DNA from: Candidatus Omnitrophota bacterium
Lineage (GTDB): Bacteria > Omnitrophota > Gorgyraeia > JAGLLT01
Direction of reading: 5' to 3'
DNA: 50,134 bases
Assembly (NCBI GenBank): GCA_023140385.1
Contig: JAGLLT010000008.1
Location: 1 to 50,134 of the forward strand
A model generated the notes under the pieces. It was not told the origin of the DNA and did no database searches. It was given only the letters and a program-made list of their open reading frames with translations. Positions within the stretch are counted from its first letter, which is position 1; each line of letters begins with the position of its first letter. The translations under genes and the position numbers were made by a program. Of this stretch, positions 28,161-36,878 are shown one piece after another.

Positions 28161-28196
28161 GGAGAGGTGCGAGAGCGGCTTAATCGGCGCGCTTGG
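28161..28196 (+). pseudogene. tRNA-Ser(GGA) 5' half, copy 1 (divergent allele)
   Basis: 36 nt matching 28625-28660 with 3 substitutions; ends at ...GCTTGG within the anticodon. Confidence 0.85.
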
Positions 28197-28263
28197 CCAC
28201 CGCCTATGGCGGGGTCCCGCTCTCTTCATTGAAGATACTTCTTTCGGAGAAGCGGTGAAAAGC
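28197..28263 (+). repeat. Structured 67 bp insert following tRNA 5' half (copy 1; copy 2 at 28547-28613)
   Basis: CCACCGCCTATGGCGGG.TCCCGCTCTCTTCATTGAAGATACTTCTTTCGGAGAAGCGGTGAAAAGC present twice, one mismatch. Confidence 0.9.
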
Positions 28264-28275
28264 GAAACAAGAACT

Positions 28276-28524
28276 ATGTTTTACGTTTATATCTTGAAAA
28301 ATAGTGAAAGCAAATATTATACTGGAATGACATCTAAGCCCCCTGAAGCCAGATTAAAAGAACATAATTCTAATGCAAATAAGTGGACAAAAAATAAAGG
28401 TCCTTGGGGTCTTATTTATGCAAAAGCTTTTGAAACAAAAAAAGAAGCTTGGTTAAGAGAGCGTCAGATTAAAAAATATAAAGGCGGAAGTGCCTTTAAA
28501 GAATTAATCCGGAGAGGTGCGTGA
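28276..28524 (+). CDS. Stand-alone GIY-YIG nuclease (82 aa)
   Basis: YVYIL...YYTG, ARLKEHN, GPW, LRERQIK; stop codon lies inside the tRNA 5' half copy 2. Confidence 0.9.
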   Translation: MFYVYILKNSESKYYTGMTSKPPEARLKEHNSNANKWTKNKGPWGLIYAKAFETKKEAWLRERQIKKYKGGSAFKELIRRGA

Positions 28525-28546
28525 GCGGCTTAAACGGCACGCTTGG
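28511..28546 (+). pseudogene. tRNA-Ser(GGA) 5' half, copy 2
   Basis: 36 nt identical to 28625-28660. Confidence 0.85.
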
Positions 28547-28624
28547 CCACCGCCTATGGCGGGATCCCGCTCTCTTCATTGAAGATACTTCTTTCGGAGA
28601 AGCGGTGAAAAGCAATTATAACAT

Positions 28625-28712
28625 GGAGAGGTGCGTGAGCGGCTTAAACGGCACGCTTGGAAAGCGTGTGTACTTAACGGTACCCTGGGTTCGAATCCCA
28701 GCCTCTCCGCCA
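28625..28712 (+). tRNA. tRNA-Ser(GGA)
   Basis: GGAGAGG/CCTCTCC, CACGC-TTGGAAA-GCGTG, variable arm GTAC/GTAC, GTTCGAATC, CCA. Confidence 0.95.
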
Positions 28713-28715
28713 GCC

Positions 28716-29012
28716 TAATCCCATAAGCAGTTAATTCCCTTGACGTTATATATAAAAGTAGTAAAATCAAGGTGTTAACTGCTTTTTGTATTTTTATATA
28801 AATCTTGCATATTTTTATGTTTTTTGAGACTTGTGACACGAAAATGACACGTTATAGCAAATAATAGTTTAACCTAAGGGAGGTTATTAATGGATGGTTA
28901 TGATGCTGCGTTTGTAGCCCCCTGCACATAGACTTCCCTTATTAACAAGTTGACTACCGAAGTTAACGTAGTCACTAAAAATATTTCCAACATAATGTCT
29001 ATGGTAGAAAAA
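28716..29012 (+). repeat. About 300 bp island left-end sequence duplicated at 35390-35686
   Basis: Constant 6674 bp offset; first ~100 bp essentially identical, then diverged. Confidence 0.9.
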
Positions 29013-29207
29013 AGCTGGTCTCAACAAAAACTCGCTCAGGAAGCAGGATTATCCTTTAATGCAATAACAAAAATTGAACAGGGACTAGCAAAATATCCAA
29101 CACTAAAAACTCTTAGCAAATTGTCTAATGTTTTTCAAATTGGCATAGATGAATTAGTTGGAAGAGGAAAAACAAATTTTATTAGGATTAAAAATGGAAA
29201 ATTATGA
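28890..29207 (+). pseudogene. Chimeric pseudogene: N-terminus of a 35564-like gene fused in frame to an XRE HTH
   Basis: MDGYDAAFVAPCT* (TGG to TAG relative to 35564) continuing in frame to VEKS, then WSQQKLAQEAGLSFNAITKIEQG HTH. Confidence 0.75.
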
Positions 29208-32200
29208 TAATACTCACAAAATCTTAACAAAAACTGGACCTATTAGAAAAGGCTTCGATTATCAAGATGCTTGTGCTGCCTTCTTGTTTGTAAAATGGCT
29301 TAGGTACCCAGCAGAAAAAAAATGGGTTAAATTGGAAGCAAAAGAGTGTGGCTTTTTGGATGACATTGTTTTTGTAAGTAAGGATAATACACTATTTCTA
29401 AAACAAATTAAGTATTCATGTCATCCAGAAACCCCGCAAGATGAATGGAGCTTGGAGTCAATATTAAAAGAACCACAAGGGAAAAAAACCAAAAGACAGT
29501 CTTTATTTAAAAGATGGTTTCTGTCTTGGCAGGAATTTCGAGAAAAAAAGTCATTTCGCGAAGTAAAGGCAGAATTACTAACCAATCGAAAAGCCTCTGA
29601 AAACATAATTAATGTTGCTGAAATGTGTGATAACTCTACGGCAATAATTATTGATATCAAAAAGCTAAAAAAATTGTCTCCCGAGCATTATCAAGAGATG
29701 CTTAGGCAAATAAAGCCCTACAAAAAGAAGCATTTAAGGACTTTTTTTAATAATTTTAAATTTAATTTTGACCACTATTCTTTAGAAAGAATGTGGACTC
29801 AAACAGAAGTGATTTTTAAAGAACTGGGTGGGAGTGGTGGTGCATGGTTAGCTTTTAAGGAAAAAATTAGAGAGTGGGCTATAGAACAAGATAAGCCATC
29901 TAAAGAAGGCTTAATAAAAATAGAGGACTTAAGAAGTGCGGCAGGGTGGGAAAAATTAAAAGCGTTAAATCAAGAATTTTCAATGCCAGACGACTTTGAG
30001 TTGTTTGATGAAAGAATTGAGAAAAAGTTAATAAGTGATTTTAAAAAACGAAAAGGTGGCCTGCATATTTTGTATGGACTTCCTGGAGTTGGCAAGAGTA
30101 CTTTTTTGTCACACTTATATAAAAAGTTAGAAGGAGCCAATATCCCGGTATTAAAGCACCACTATTTTTTAACAACGAGCGATCCTGATTTCTATGAACG
30201 ACTTGAACATGAAAGGGCAGAAGAAGGATTAAAGAACGAAATTTACCAAAAATTTAGAGATTTATTGGGAGAACATGCTAACCAAAATCAAAAACAGGCA
30301 AAATTACAAGATTGGTTATCTGCAATCAATAAACAGTTTAATGCCAGAAAACAAGCCTTAGTAATAATCGTTGATGGGCTTGACCATGTTAAAAATTATA
30401 GTGACATAAAAAACTTGAATAAATTTTTGATGCAGATACTTCCGTGCTTAGAAGAAATGTGGATTGTTTTAGGAACACGGTTGATGTCTGAAGAAAATCT
30501 TCCCCCAATAATATATGAACATTGTTCATTTAAACAGTGGATAGAAGTTAAACCATTTTCAAAAAGTGTCGTTGCAAATCTAATACGAAAAAACATTAAA
30601 AGTAAAAAGTTAAGGATTCAAAAGGACAGATATATTATTAGAAAATTTACAAACAAATTTTATCAGCTTACAGAAGGACATCCATTGCATATTAGGTATT
30701 CACTTGAAATCTTATTTGAATTTGGTAAAACAAAAAATATTACAGATTATGATTTAGCTAATTTACCACCCTATCAGGGAAATATCGAGAAATACTACAA
30801 CATATTATGGTCTAAATTAAGACAAGAAGGTAAAAGCGTTGCGATCTTAATAGCAGGTGCTAATTTTTTCTTAAAAGGCCATCAAGTCTTTGAAGTTCTT
30901 GTTTCCAATGCAGTACGTATGGATGCGCTTTTAGAAGGTTTTGGGCAAATAAAACATTTATTGAAAGAGATTCGTCGAGGGGTCACTTTTTTCCACACGA
31001 GTTTTTCGGAATACATTAGACAAACGCAAGAGTTTCAAATTTCGAACCCTACAATAAAAAAAGAGCTAAGGAATTGGCTTACAAGCAAAGCTCCGGAAGA
31101 GCTGTGTTGGCAACAATGGCTTAGATTAGAATATGAGTTAGGAAATTATGAGTTAGTTCTTTCGAATTTAACAAAAGATTGGGTTATAGAAGCGATAGAA
31201 AAACAATGCTCTCTAAAGCTAATTAATGAACATTTGAGTATGGGCATAGATGCCGCCCTTCAACAGGGAAATTTTTCAAAAGGAGCATTCCTGGGGTTAT
31301 TGTTGAATGTGGTTGATAATATAACAGTAGAAAATGAAGATGATTATGAAAAGTTGATAATGTTTTTATTGAAAGAAAAAGATGGAAAAGATATAGATAG
31401 GTATATATTCGAAGAAAACATTCCAAGCTATTCCTCTTCCAAATTAAATGCTTTAGCTACACTGGCAGAAGAAAAAGGAAGAATGGATATTTTGGAGGTA
31501 ATATTTGAGGAGCTTAACACTGGATATGATAGAGATGAAGAATACTCAATGCGAAATCGAGGGCAACGAGAAATAACATTAAGTAAAGTTGTGGCATATT
31601 TAAATATTGAGCCTAAAAGGGTTTTAAATTGGATAAGGAAATTTGATAACAGTGTAAAAAAGGAAGAATTGCTATCATGCTATGTGTTTGGATTGCTTAA
31701 AGCTCGCAAGTTTACAATAATTGAAAATTTGATCAGCAAAAAAATATCACAAGAAGAAAAAAATATTGTATTGAATCAGTATACGAAATATTGTTTCGAA
31801 AATAAAATTGACATTAGTGGCTTTATTTTAAAAAATGGTAAACACATTGTGGGCTTACAAGAAATGTTATTGCTTGCCGTGCTTAATAAGCTCCCTGGAG
31901 ATGTGAGTACTTTAATCCCAGAGCATCAAGTATTCCCACTTGCATTAGAAGATTACAAAAGTAAAGAAGTTTCAGCTCTTGCTATAACCTTTTTTAATTG
32001 TTACACGAGTGCTTTAATACTTAGTTGTGGAGCAAAGAAAACTGTTGTTGAGCATTGGATTAAAAGCGGGGAATTTTTTTCTTGGAGCCGTGAAGCAGCT
32101 AAGAGCCTTGTTGAATTAGGGATGGAACATGGAGAAAAAATAAAAAATGGAATAAATATTAAATATAGCGATCTAATTGACAAATTGAAAGATTTACATG

Positions 32201-35200
32201 TTCTAGATTGGAGAGAAGATAGAGATATCTACGGAATATATAAATCATTTAGAACAGCGGCAGAAAAAGTTTTTAACTTATTAAAAAATATTAAGCGATG
32301 GCAAAACGATAATTTCAAAATTGCTGAAAATGAATTTATTCAATATTGCGATTCAGATTTTTTTGGCAAATATGTAATGTTGAAAAACTTAGCTTATGAA
32401 CGAGAACCGTTTTTAGAGGAAAAAGCATACGTGAAATTTATCACCGAAGAAGAGAAAAGCCTTAAAAATGATGTTATATATTTTAGGGATAGAGTGGAGC
32501 AATATGTAGATTTAGCACATCTTGCGGGCTTACATAAGGACAGCGATAGAATAAAAGTTTTTACTAAAAAGGCAATTTTAAATATGCTAGCTTATGGGGC
32601 TAAAGATGCTTATCATTCTGATGTCTTAGAGTGCGTAGAAGCGTGTCATAAGGCAGGGTCGAAAAAAGGAGATTCATGGCTAAAAAGAATAGCTCCATTG
32701 ATAGAACAAGCAGAAAATTATACCGAAGGTGCTAAGTATTTACAAATAGATCTTGCAGAAAAACTTGCTTTAATAAACCCAGAAAGCTTAAAAAGCTATT
32801 ATATATATCATGCTAATAATGAAAATTTATTTTTGGCACAGGATATTTTTCCCTTTATTGTTTCTATAACTGTTAAAAATAACGAAATTGATAAAGCTGT
32901 ACTAAAAACAGCAATAGATAGAGAGTCAATTGAAAAATTACAGGACATGGCTAAAAAAAATCCTACAGTAGAAACTATTTTAAATGAGAACAGGGAATAT
33001 TTTAATAGTTTAGTAACTTTTCCTCCCAAAGAAGAGCGGGGCACGAACTGCAACCATTCGTCTTTAGCCAATGATTTAACTGATTATAAGTCGATTGCGC
33101 CAAGTAATCTCAAAAACCATTTATTAAATATAAAAGATTTATATCAGAGAAATAGGTATCTGAGCGGATGGAGTCAGTGTTGGCTTTCTGAGGAGGGAGA
33201 AGAAGAGGCGTATAAAATAACGATAGATTGGATCGAAGAAACGGGAATAGAAAAGGCCGATCACGAAGTGCTAGATTTGTTATATCCGTTAGCTTTTAAA
33301 TTTGAAAACAAAGAAAAGAGCTTCTTTTTATTATGTAATGCCCACACTAAAGGATATGGGTGGTCAGGAAGATTTTTTTCAAGAAAAGAAGCAGTTGTAA
33401 AAAGATGGGATTTTTTAAAGCAACATTTCCCTGAAAAATTTAAGGATTTTTGTAAAGAAACATTAACTAAGGTTGACCGAGAGGGAAATTCAAAATTTGT
33501 TGCATATTTGCCTGTTCCAAGAGGTGTAGAATTTATGACTTTTTTTAATGTTCTGGACATCGCAGAACAAATGACGGAAGTTGCAGTAACCTTTGCAGAA
33601 GATTTAATGGCAGATTTAAGCATTCCAAAGCTTGTGTGGCAAGAGTGGAGGGGTAAAAATTCTTTAGATGTTCTTCTTGAGCGATTTAAGTGGCCGAGTC
33701 CACTTGTGCGTGAAAGAGCAGCTACAGCATTATGTAATCTTATCTCTAATGAAGAGACATCGCAATTAGTTGTTACACAACTATTAAAATGGGGAAGTTT
33801 GCAAGGGCTTGAAAGCATAACAGTAATGACATTGCTCCCCTTTGTGAAATCAGCAAGACTTAATAAATGCAACGGATTGGTGGCCTATAAGACAATAAAA
33901 GATAACATTAATAATTCTTCGATAAATTCAGAATTTCTCTTAAGAGAAGTTGCATTAGCAATAGAAGGAGAAGTTCTAAAAGAAGAAGAGTTTGTTGAAG
34001 AAAGAGAACCGGAAAATCTAGAATCTTGTCCAAAGGATTATAAACCTAATAAATTTTTCCTTCGTACTCAAAAAGCTTTTTTGCCACCCATTCATGTGAT
34101 AAGGGCAGAAAAAATCGAAAAAAATACAGGGTTTAAATTTATACAACAGTGGGCTTGGGATGCAGATCGAATTAGAAAAAAGATTGGTATTGAAGAATCT
34201 TTAAGGGATGTAATGGATTTCATGGGAGGAAGATATCAACCTAGTATGCCAGCATTTTCTAGTAAAATGTCGGAAATTTATAGGTCAGCTTTTTTGAGAA
34301 CGCTGTTTCTTTGTTATAAGGAGAATAAAATACCAAAAGGTCTTTTATTTAAATGGACGTTCTCATTGTGTCCAATAGATATCAATTTTTGGGAAATTAA
34401 TGAACGCAATTCTCCTGGTTGGTGGCCAGGCTTAAGCCAAAAATCAAATGGGAAAATAGATATTTCTCAAGGGAAAATTCTTACAGACTTAGAAAGCTTA
34501 TTGGATAAACTAGATTTAGATGAAAATAAGATAGTTGGTCTGCATGGCCCCGCTAAACCTTTTGACGGATGGCATAGTGAAAATCTTGGCACTAAAATTC
34601 TCGTGGTACCTTTTGCTTATGAAATAAAAGGAGCGCAGTTACCAAGCGCAAAAGAAATAGGAGAAGTTATTGCTTACTCTCCTGTTATCGAAGTTCCTTC
34701 AATAACAAAAAAGCCCTTTTGTTTTTTTGAGCAAGAAAATATGCCTTTAGACGAAAGTAACGTTGGAGGGATTAAAGTTAAAGATGCTGTAATATTTCCT
34801 TTAGTTGCGCGGATACACACGCATCCAATTAACTATTGGAAAGCATGTATTGGGCGCCATGCATCTTTTGGTATTGCCGAAAACTTATTAAATGAGGGGC
34901 TTAAGCAGGGATACGAAGCAAATAATTGGTTCTATATGTTTAACGAAGAAAAAGTAATCATAAGTTATGCTTGGAATATAGGAATAATAGAACGGCATAA
35001 TAGTGATTTTGATGCTCCATCTGGACAAATAATAGAAATAAAGAGAACATGGTTAAAAAAAATTTTAGATGAACAAAAGCTAAGGGTAGGATATTTTATT
35101 AAAATGAAATTTATTCATAGACAATATTTACATGAAAAAGCTAGTATTTATGAGGAAGATAAATTACTTAATTTTTCTCCTATAATTGTTCAAAGGGGTA

Positions 35201-35208
35201 AGTGGTGA
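29194..35208 (+). CDS. AVAST-like STAND NTPase with N-terminal Cap4/PD-(D/E)XK nuclease (Avs3a-like, ~2004 aa)
   Basis: GFDYQD...LDDI...QIK nuclease motifs; GLPGVGKS, HHYFL, IVDGLDHV, GHPL; long helical C-terminal region. Confidence 0.8.
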   Translation: MENYDNTHKILTKTGPIRKGFDYQDACAAFLFVKWLRYPAEKKWVKLEAKECGFLDDIVFVSKDNTLFLKQIKYSCHPETPQDEWSLESILKEPQGKKTKRQSLFKRWFLSWQEFREKKSFREVKAELLTNRKASENIINVAEMCDNSTAIIIDIKKLKKLSPEHYQEMLRQIKPYKKKHLRTFFNNFKFNFDHYSLERMWTQTEVIFKELGGSGGAWLAFKEKIREWAIEQDKPSKEGLIKIEDLRSAAGWEKLKALNQEFSMPDDFELFDERIEKKLISDFKKRKGGLHILYGLPGVGKSTFLSHLYKKLEGANIPVLKHHYFLTTSDPDFYERLEHERAEEGLKNEIYQKFRDLLGEHANQNQKQAKLQDWLSAINKQFNARKQALVIIVDGLDHVKNYSDIKNLNKFLMQILPCLEEMWIVLGTRLMSEENLPPIIYEHCSFKQWIEVKPFSKSVVANLIRKNIKSKKLRIQKDRYIIRKFTNKFYQLTEGHPLHIRYSLEILFEFGKTKNITDYDLANLPPYQGNIEKYYNILWSKLRQEGKSVAILIAGANFFLKGHQVFEVLVSNAVRMDALLEGFGQIKHLLKEIRRGVTFFHTSFSEYIRQTQEFQISNPTIKKELRNWLTSKAPEELCWQQWLRLEYELGNYELVLSNLTKDWVIEAIEKQCSLKLINEHLSMGIDAALQQGNFSKGAFLGLLLNVVDNITVENEDDYEKLIMFLLKEKDGKDIDRYIFEENIPSYSSSKLNALATLAEEKGRMDILEVIFEELNTGYDRDEEYSMRNRGQREITLSKVVAYLNIEPKRVLNWIRKFDNSVKKEELLSCYVFGLLKARKFTIIENLISKKISQEEKNIVLNQYTKYCFENKIDISGFILKNGKHIVGLQEMLLLAVLNKLPGDVSTLIPEHQVFPLALEDYKSKEVSALAITFFNCYTSALILSCGAKKTVVEHWIKSGEFFSWSREAAKSLVELGMEHGEKIKNGINIKYSDLIDKLKDLHVLDWREDRDIYGIYKSFRTAAEKVFNLLKNIKRWQNDNFKIAENEFIQYCDSDFFGKYVMLKNLAYEREPFLEEKAYVKFITEEEKSLKNDVIYFRDRVEQYVDLAHLAGLHKDSDRIKVFTKKAILNMLAYGAKDAYHSDVLECVEACHKAGSKKGDSWLKRIAPLIEQAENYTEGAKYLQIDLAEKLALINPESLKSYYIYHANNENLFLAQDIFPFIVSITVKNNEIDKAVLKTAIDRESIEKLQDMAKKNPTVETILNENREYFNSLVTFPPKEERGTNCNHSSLANDLTDYKSIAPSNLKNHLLNIKDLYQRNRYLSGWSQCWLSEEGEEEAYKITIDWIEETGIEKADHEVLDLLYPLAFKFENKEKSFFLLCNAHTKGYGWSGRFFSRKEAVVKRWDFLKQHFPEKFKDFCKETLTKVDREGNSKFVAYLPVPRGVEFMTFFNVLDIAEQMTEVAVTFAEDLMADLSIPKLVWQEWRGKNSLDVLLERFKWPSPLVRERAATALCNLISNEETSQLVVTQLLKWGSLQGLESITVMTLLPFVKSARLNKCNGLVAYKTIKDNINNSSINSEFLLREVALAIEGEVLKEEEFVEEREPENLESCPKDYKPNKFFLRTQKAFLPPIHVIRAEKIEKNTGFKFIQQWAWDADRIRKKIGIEESLRDVMDFMGGRYQPSMPAFSSKMSEIYRSAFLRTLFLCYKENKIPKGLLFKWTFSLCPIDINFWEINERNSPGWWPGLSQKSNGKIDISQGKILTDLESLLDKLDLDENKIVGLHGPAKPFDGWHSENLGTKILVVPFAYEIKGAQLPSAKEIGEVIAYSPVIEVPSITKKPFCFFEQENMPLDESNVGGIKVKDAVIFPLVARIHTHPINYWKACIGRHASFGIAENLLNEGLKQGYEANNWFYMFNEEKVIISYAWNIGIIERHNSDFDAPSGQIIEIKRTWLKKILDEQKLRVGYFIKMKFIHRQYLHEKASIYEEDKLLNFSPIIVQRGKW

Positions 35209-35563
35209 ATAATGCAGAAGGCGGGTGATCTCGGGGAGACGCCTGTCGAGTGCATGTGCGACGCTAAGAGTCCACCAAGAGGACAACGAAGAAGTAACCC
35301 ATGTCAGACCTAATCTTGATTTATTGAGTGTGCTTCCCTGAGGTCGCTCCAAAATGAGTTCGAATTTTATCGAATAAGCACTGCCAGTGTAATCCCATAA
35401 GCAGTTAATTCCCTTGACGTTATATATAAAAGTAGTAAAATCAAGGTGTTAACTGCTTTTTGTATTTTTATATAAATCTTGCATATTTTTATCTTTTTTA
35501 AAATTTATGTCACGAAATTGACACGCCATAACAAAAGATAATTTAATTTAAAGGAGGTCATTT

Positions 35564-36850
35564 ATGGATGGCCATGATAATGCGTTTATAGCCCCCGACA
35601 CATGGATCCTCCCTATTGCTAAGTTGACAGATGAAGTTAACGTATTCACTAAAAATATTTCCAATGTGACGTCTATGGTAGAAAAAAGTTTGGATTTTAG
35701 ATGTAATAGTGCACCAGCTCGCGCGATATTTGATTTGAAGGATACTCTTTCTATAGCAAGTAACAATATTTCATCTATTATATCATGTGCTCATAATTTT
35801 GCAGAAATTGCAGAAACGCCGTCATCACTTTTGTTGGACAGTCAGAAAATAGCTTCTCTTTCGTCTGATTTAGTTGTTGACGCAACAAGCTCAATTTTAG
35901 CCACTACGGCATCAATGCTTAGCAGTGTTCGCAGTAATATTGAGAGTCTTCATATTACTGATTATAATGGAGTAGACGTCTTTAGCATGGAAAAACTGTC
36001 CGCATTATCTATTCCAGACCAACCAGTTGCTATAAATTCATTATCTCAAGATAGTCTTATTTCGTTGGGCAATAGTCTGCAGAATAATACCTTTACAGTT
36101 AAAAGTTTAATAAACACCTCCTTGGCGACATCACGGCTTAACGTAGAGATTTTTACCAACCCCGTGGAAAGTGTAGATACTTATCTTGCTGATATGAACG
36201 AAACAACTATACATTTTAACTCACTATCAGCTTCTGTATATAATGAAATGACTTGTTCTCCTTTGATTGATACAAATAGTTTACTCTTCCAGGCGCCTAC
36301 AATTGAACCATATGCTGCGATATCTGCTGTTGCTGTTCTTGGGGGCTTGGATGAAGATGCTTTAGATCGATTTTGTGTCAAAAGTACAGATAACTTCCTT
36401 GATGCATTAGGAGATGGACTTGAGACGCGTTTGCAAGCAGTGAATCCACAATTAGCCAGCGTATATCGAGAGGGTATGGTGGCGGTAAAATCAGGCCATG
36501 AAGGATGGATTCGTCACGCAGGGGTGTCTTTCAGAACTTTACTTGATCATCTTCTGCGTTATTTGGCGCCTGATAAAAAACTTAATTCATACTTTGAAAA
36601 TCCAAAAGATAATATGATAGACGGAGAATTTAGCCGCAATTCGAAACTTCGATATATATTTCGTGAAATCGCTTGTGGGTCATATTCGAAAATGGCAGAA
36701 CAAGATATAAAACTTGCCGAGGCAACATTTTTCCCATCAAACGAAATAGTGCATAAGCTATCATCACCACTTTCAGAACAACAAATGCGCGTATTTTGCC
36801 GTCGTGTTCAAGGATGCGTATCCGTTATTTTGGAAGTAGCGGGGCATTAA
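35564..36850 (+). CDS. Protein with C-terminal predicted pPIWI-associating nuclease (pP_pnuc_1-like, HEPN-related) domain
   Basis: RHAGVSFRTLLDHLLRYLAPD...SRNSKLRYI...NEIVH pattern after a Ser/Leu-rich N-terminal region; AAGGAGG RBS. Confidence 0.6.
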   Translation: MDGHDNAFIAPDTWILPIAKLTDEVNVFTKNISNVTSMVEKSLDFRCNSAPARAIFDLKDTLSIASNNISSIISCAHNFAEIAETPSSLLLDSQKIASLSSDLVVDATSSILATTASMLSSVRSNIESLHITDYNGVDVFSMEKLSALSIPDQPVAINSLSQDSLISLGNSLQNNTFTVKSLINTSLATSRLNVEIFTNPVESVDTYLADMNETTIHFNSLSASVYNEMTCSPLIDTNSLLFQAPTIEPYAAISAVAVLGGLDEDALDRFCVKSTDNFLDALGDGLETRLQAVNPQLASVYREGMVAVKSGHEGWIRHAGVSFRTLLDHLLRYLAPDKKLNSYFENPKDNMIDGEFSRNSKLRYIFREIACGSYSKMAEQDIKLAEATFFPSNEIVHKLSSPLSEQQMRVFCRRVQGCVSVILEVAGH

Positions 36851-36878
36851 TCGTTAGGGAATAACAGGTATTGGATAA

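Noticed and set aside
28141-28275. N-terminal extension of ORF 28141..28524, and ORF 28521..28718
   Set aside because: These are translations of tRNA-half and insert repeats; the GIY-YIG domain starts at ATG 28276.
28161-28712. Group I intron or permuted tRNA interrupting tRNA-Ser(GGA)
   Set aside because: No group I core is recognisable, the insert is only 67 bp, the halves have no own 3' exon beyond AAAGC(G), and an intact gene follows.
35256-35350. GTGCGACG as a group II intron 5' end
   Set aside because: No domain V/VI or reverse transcriptase downstream; an 8-mer match alone is insufficient.
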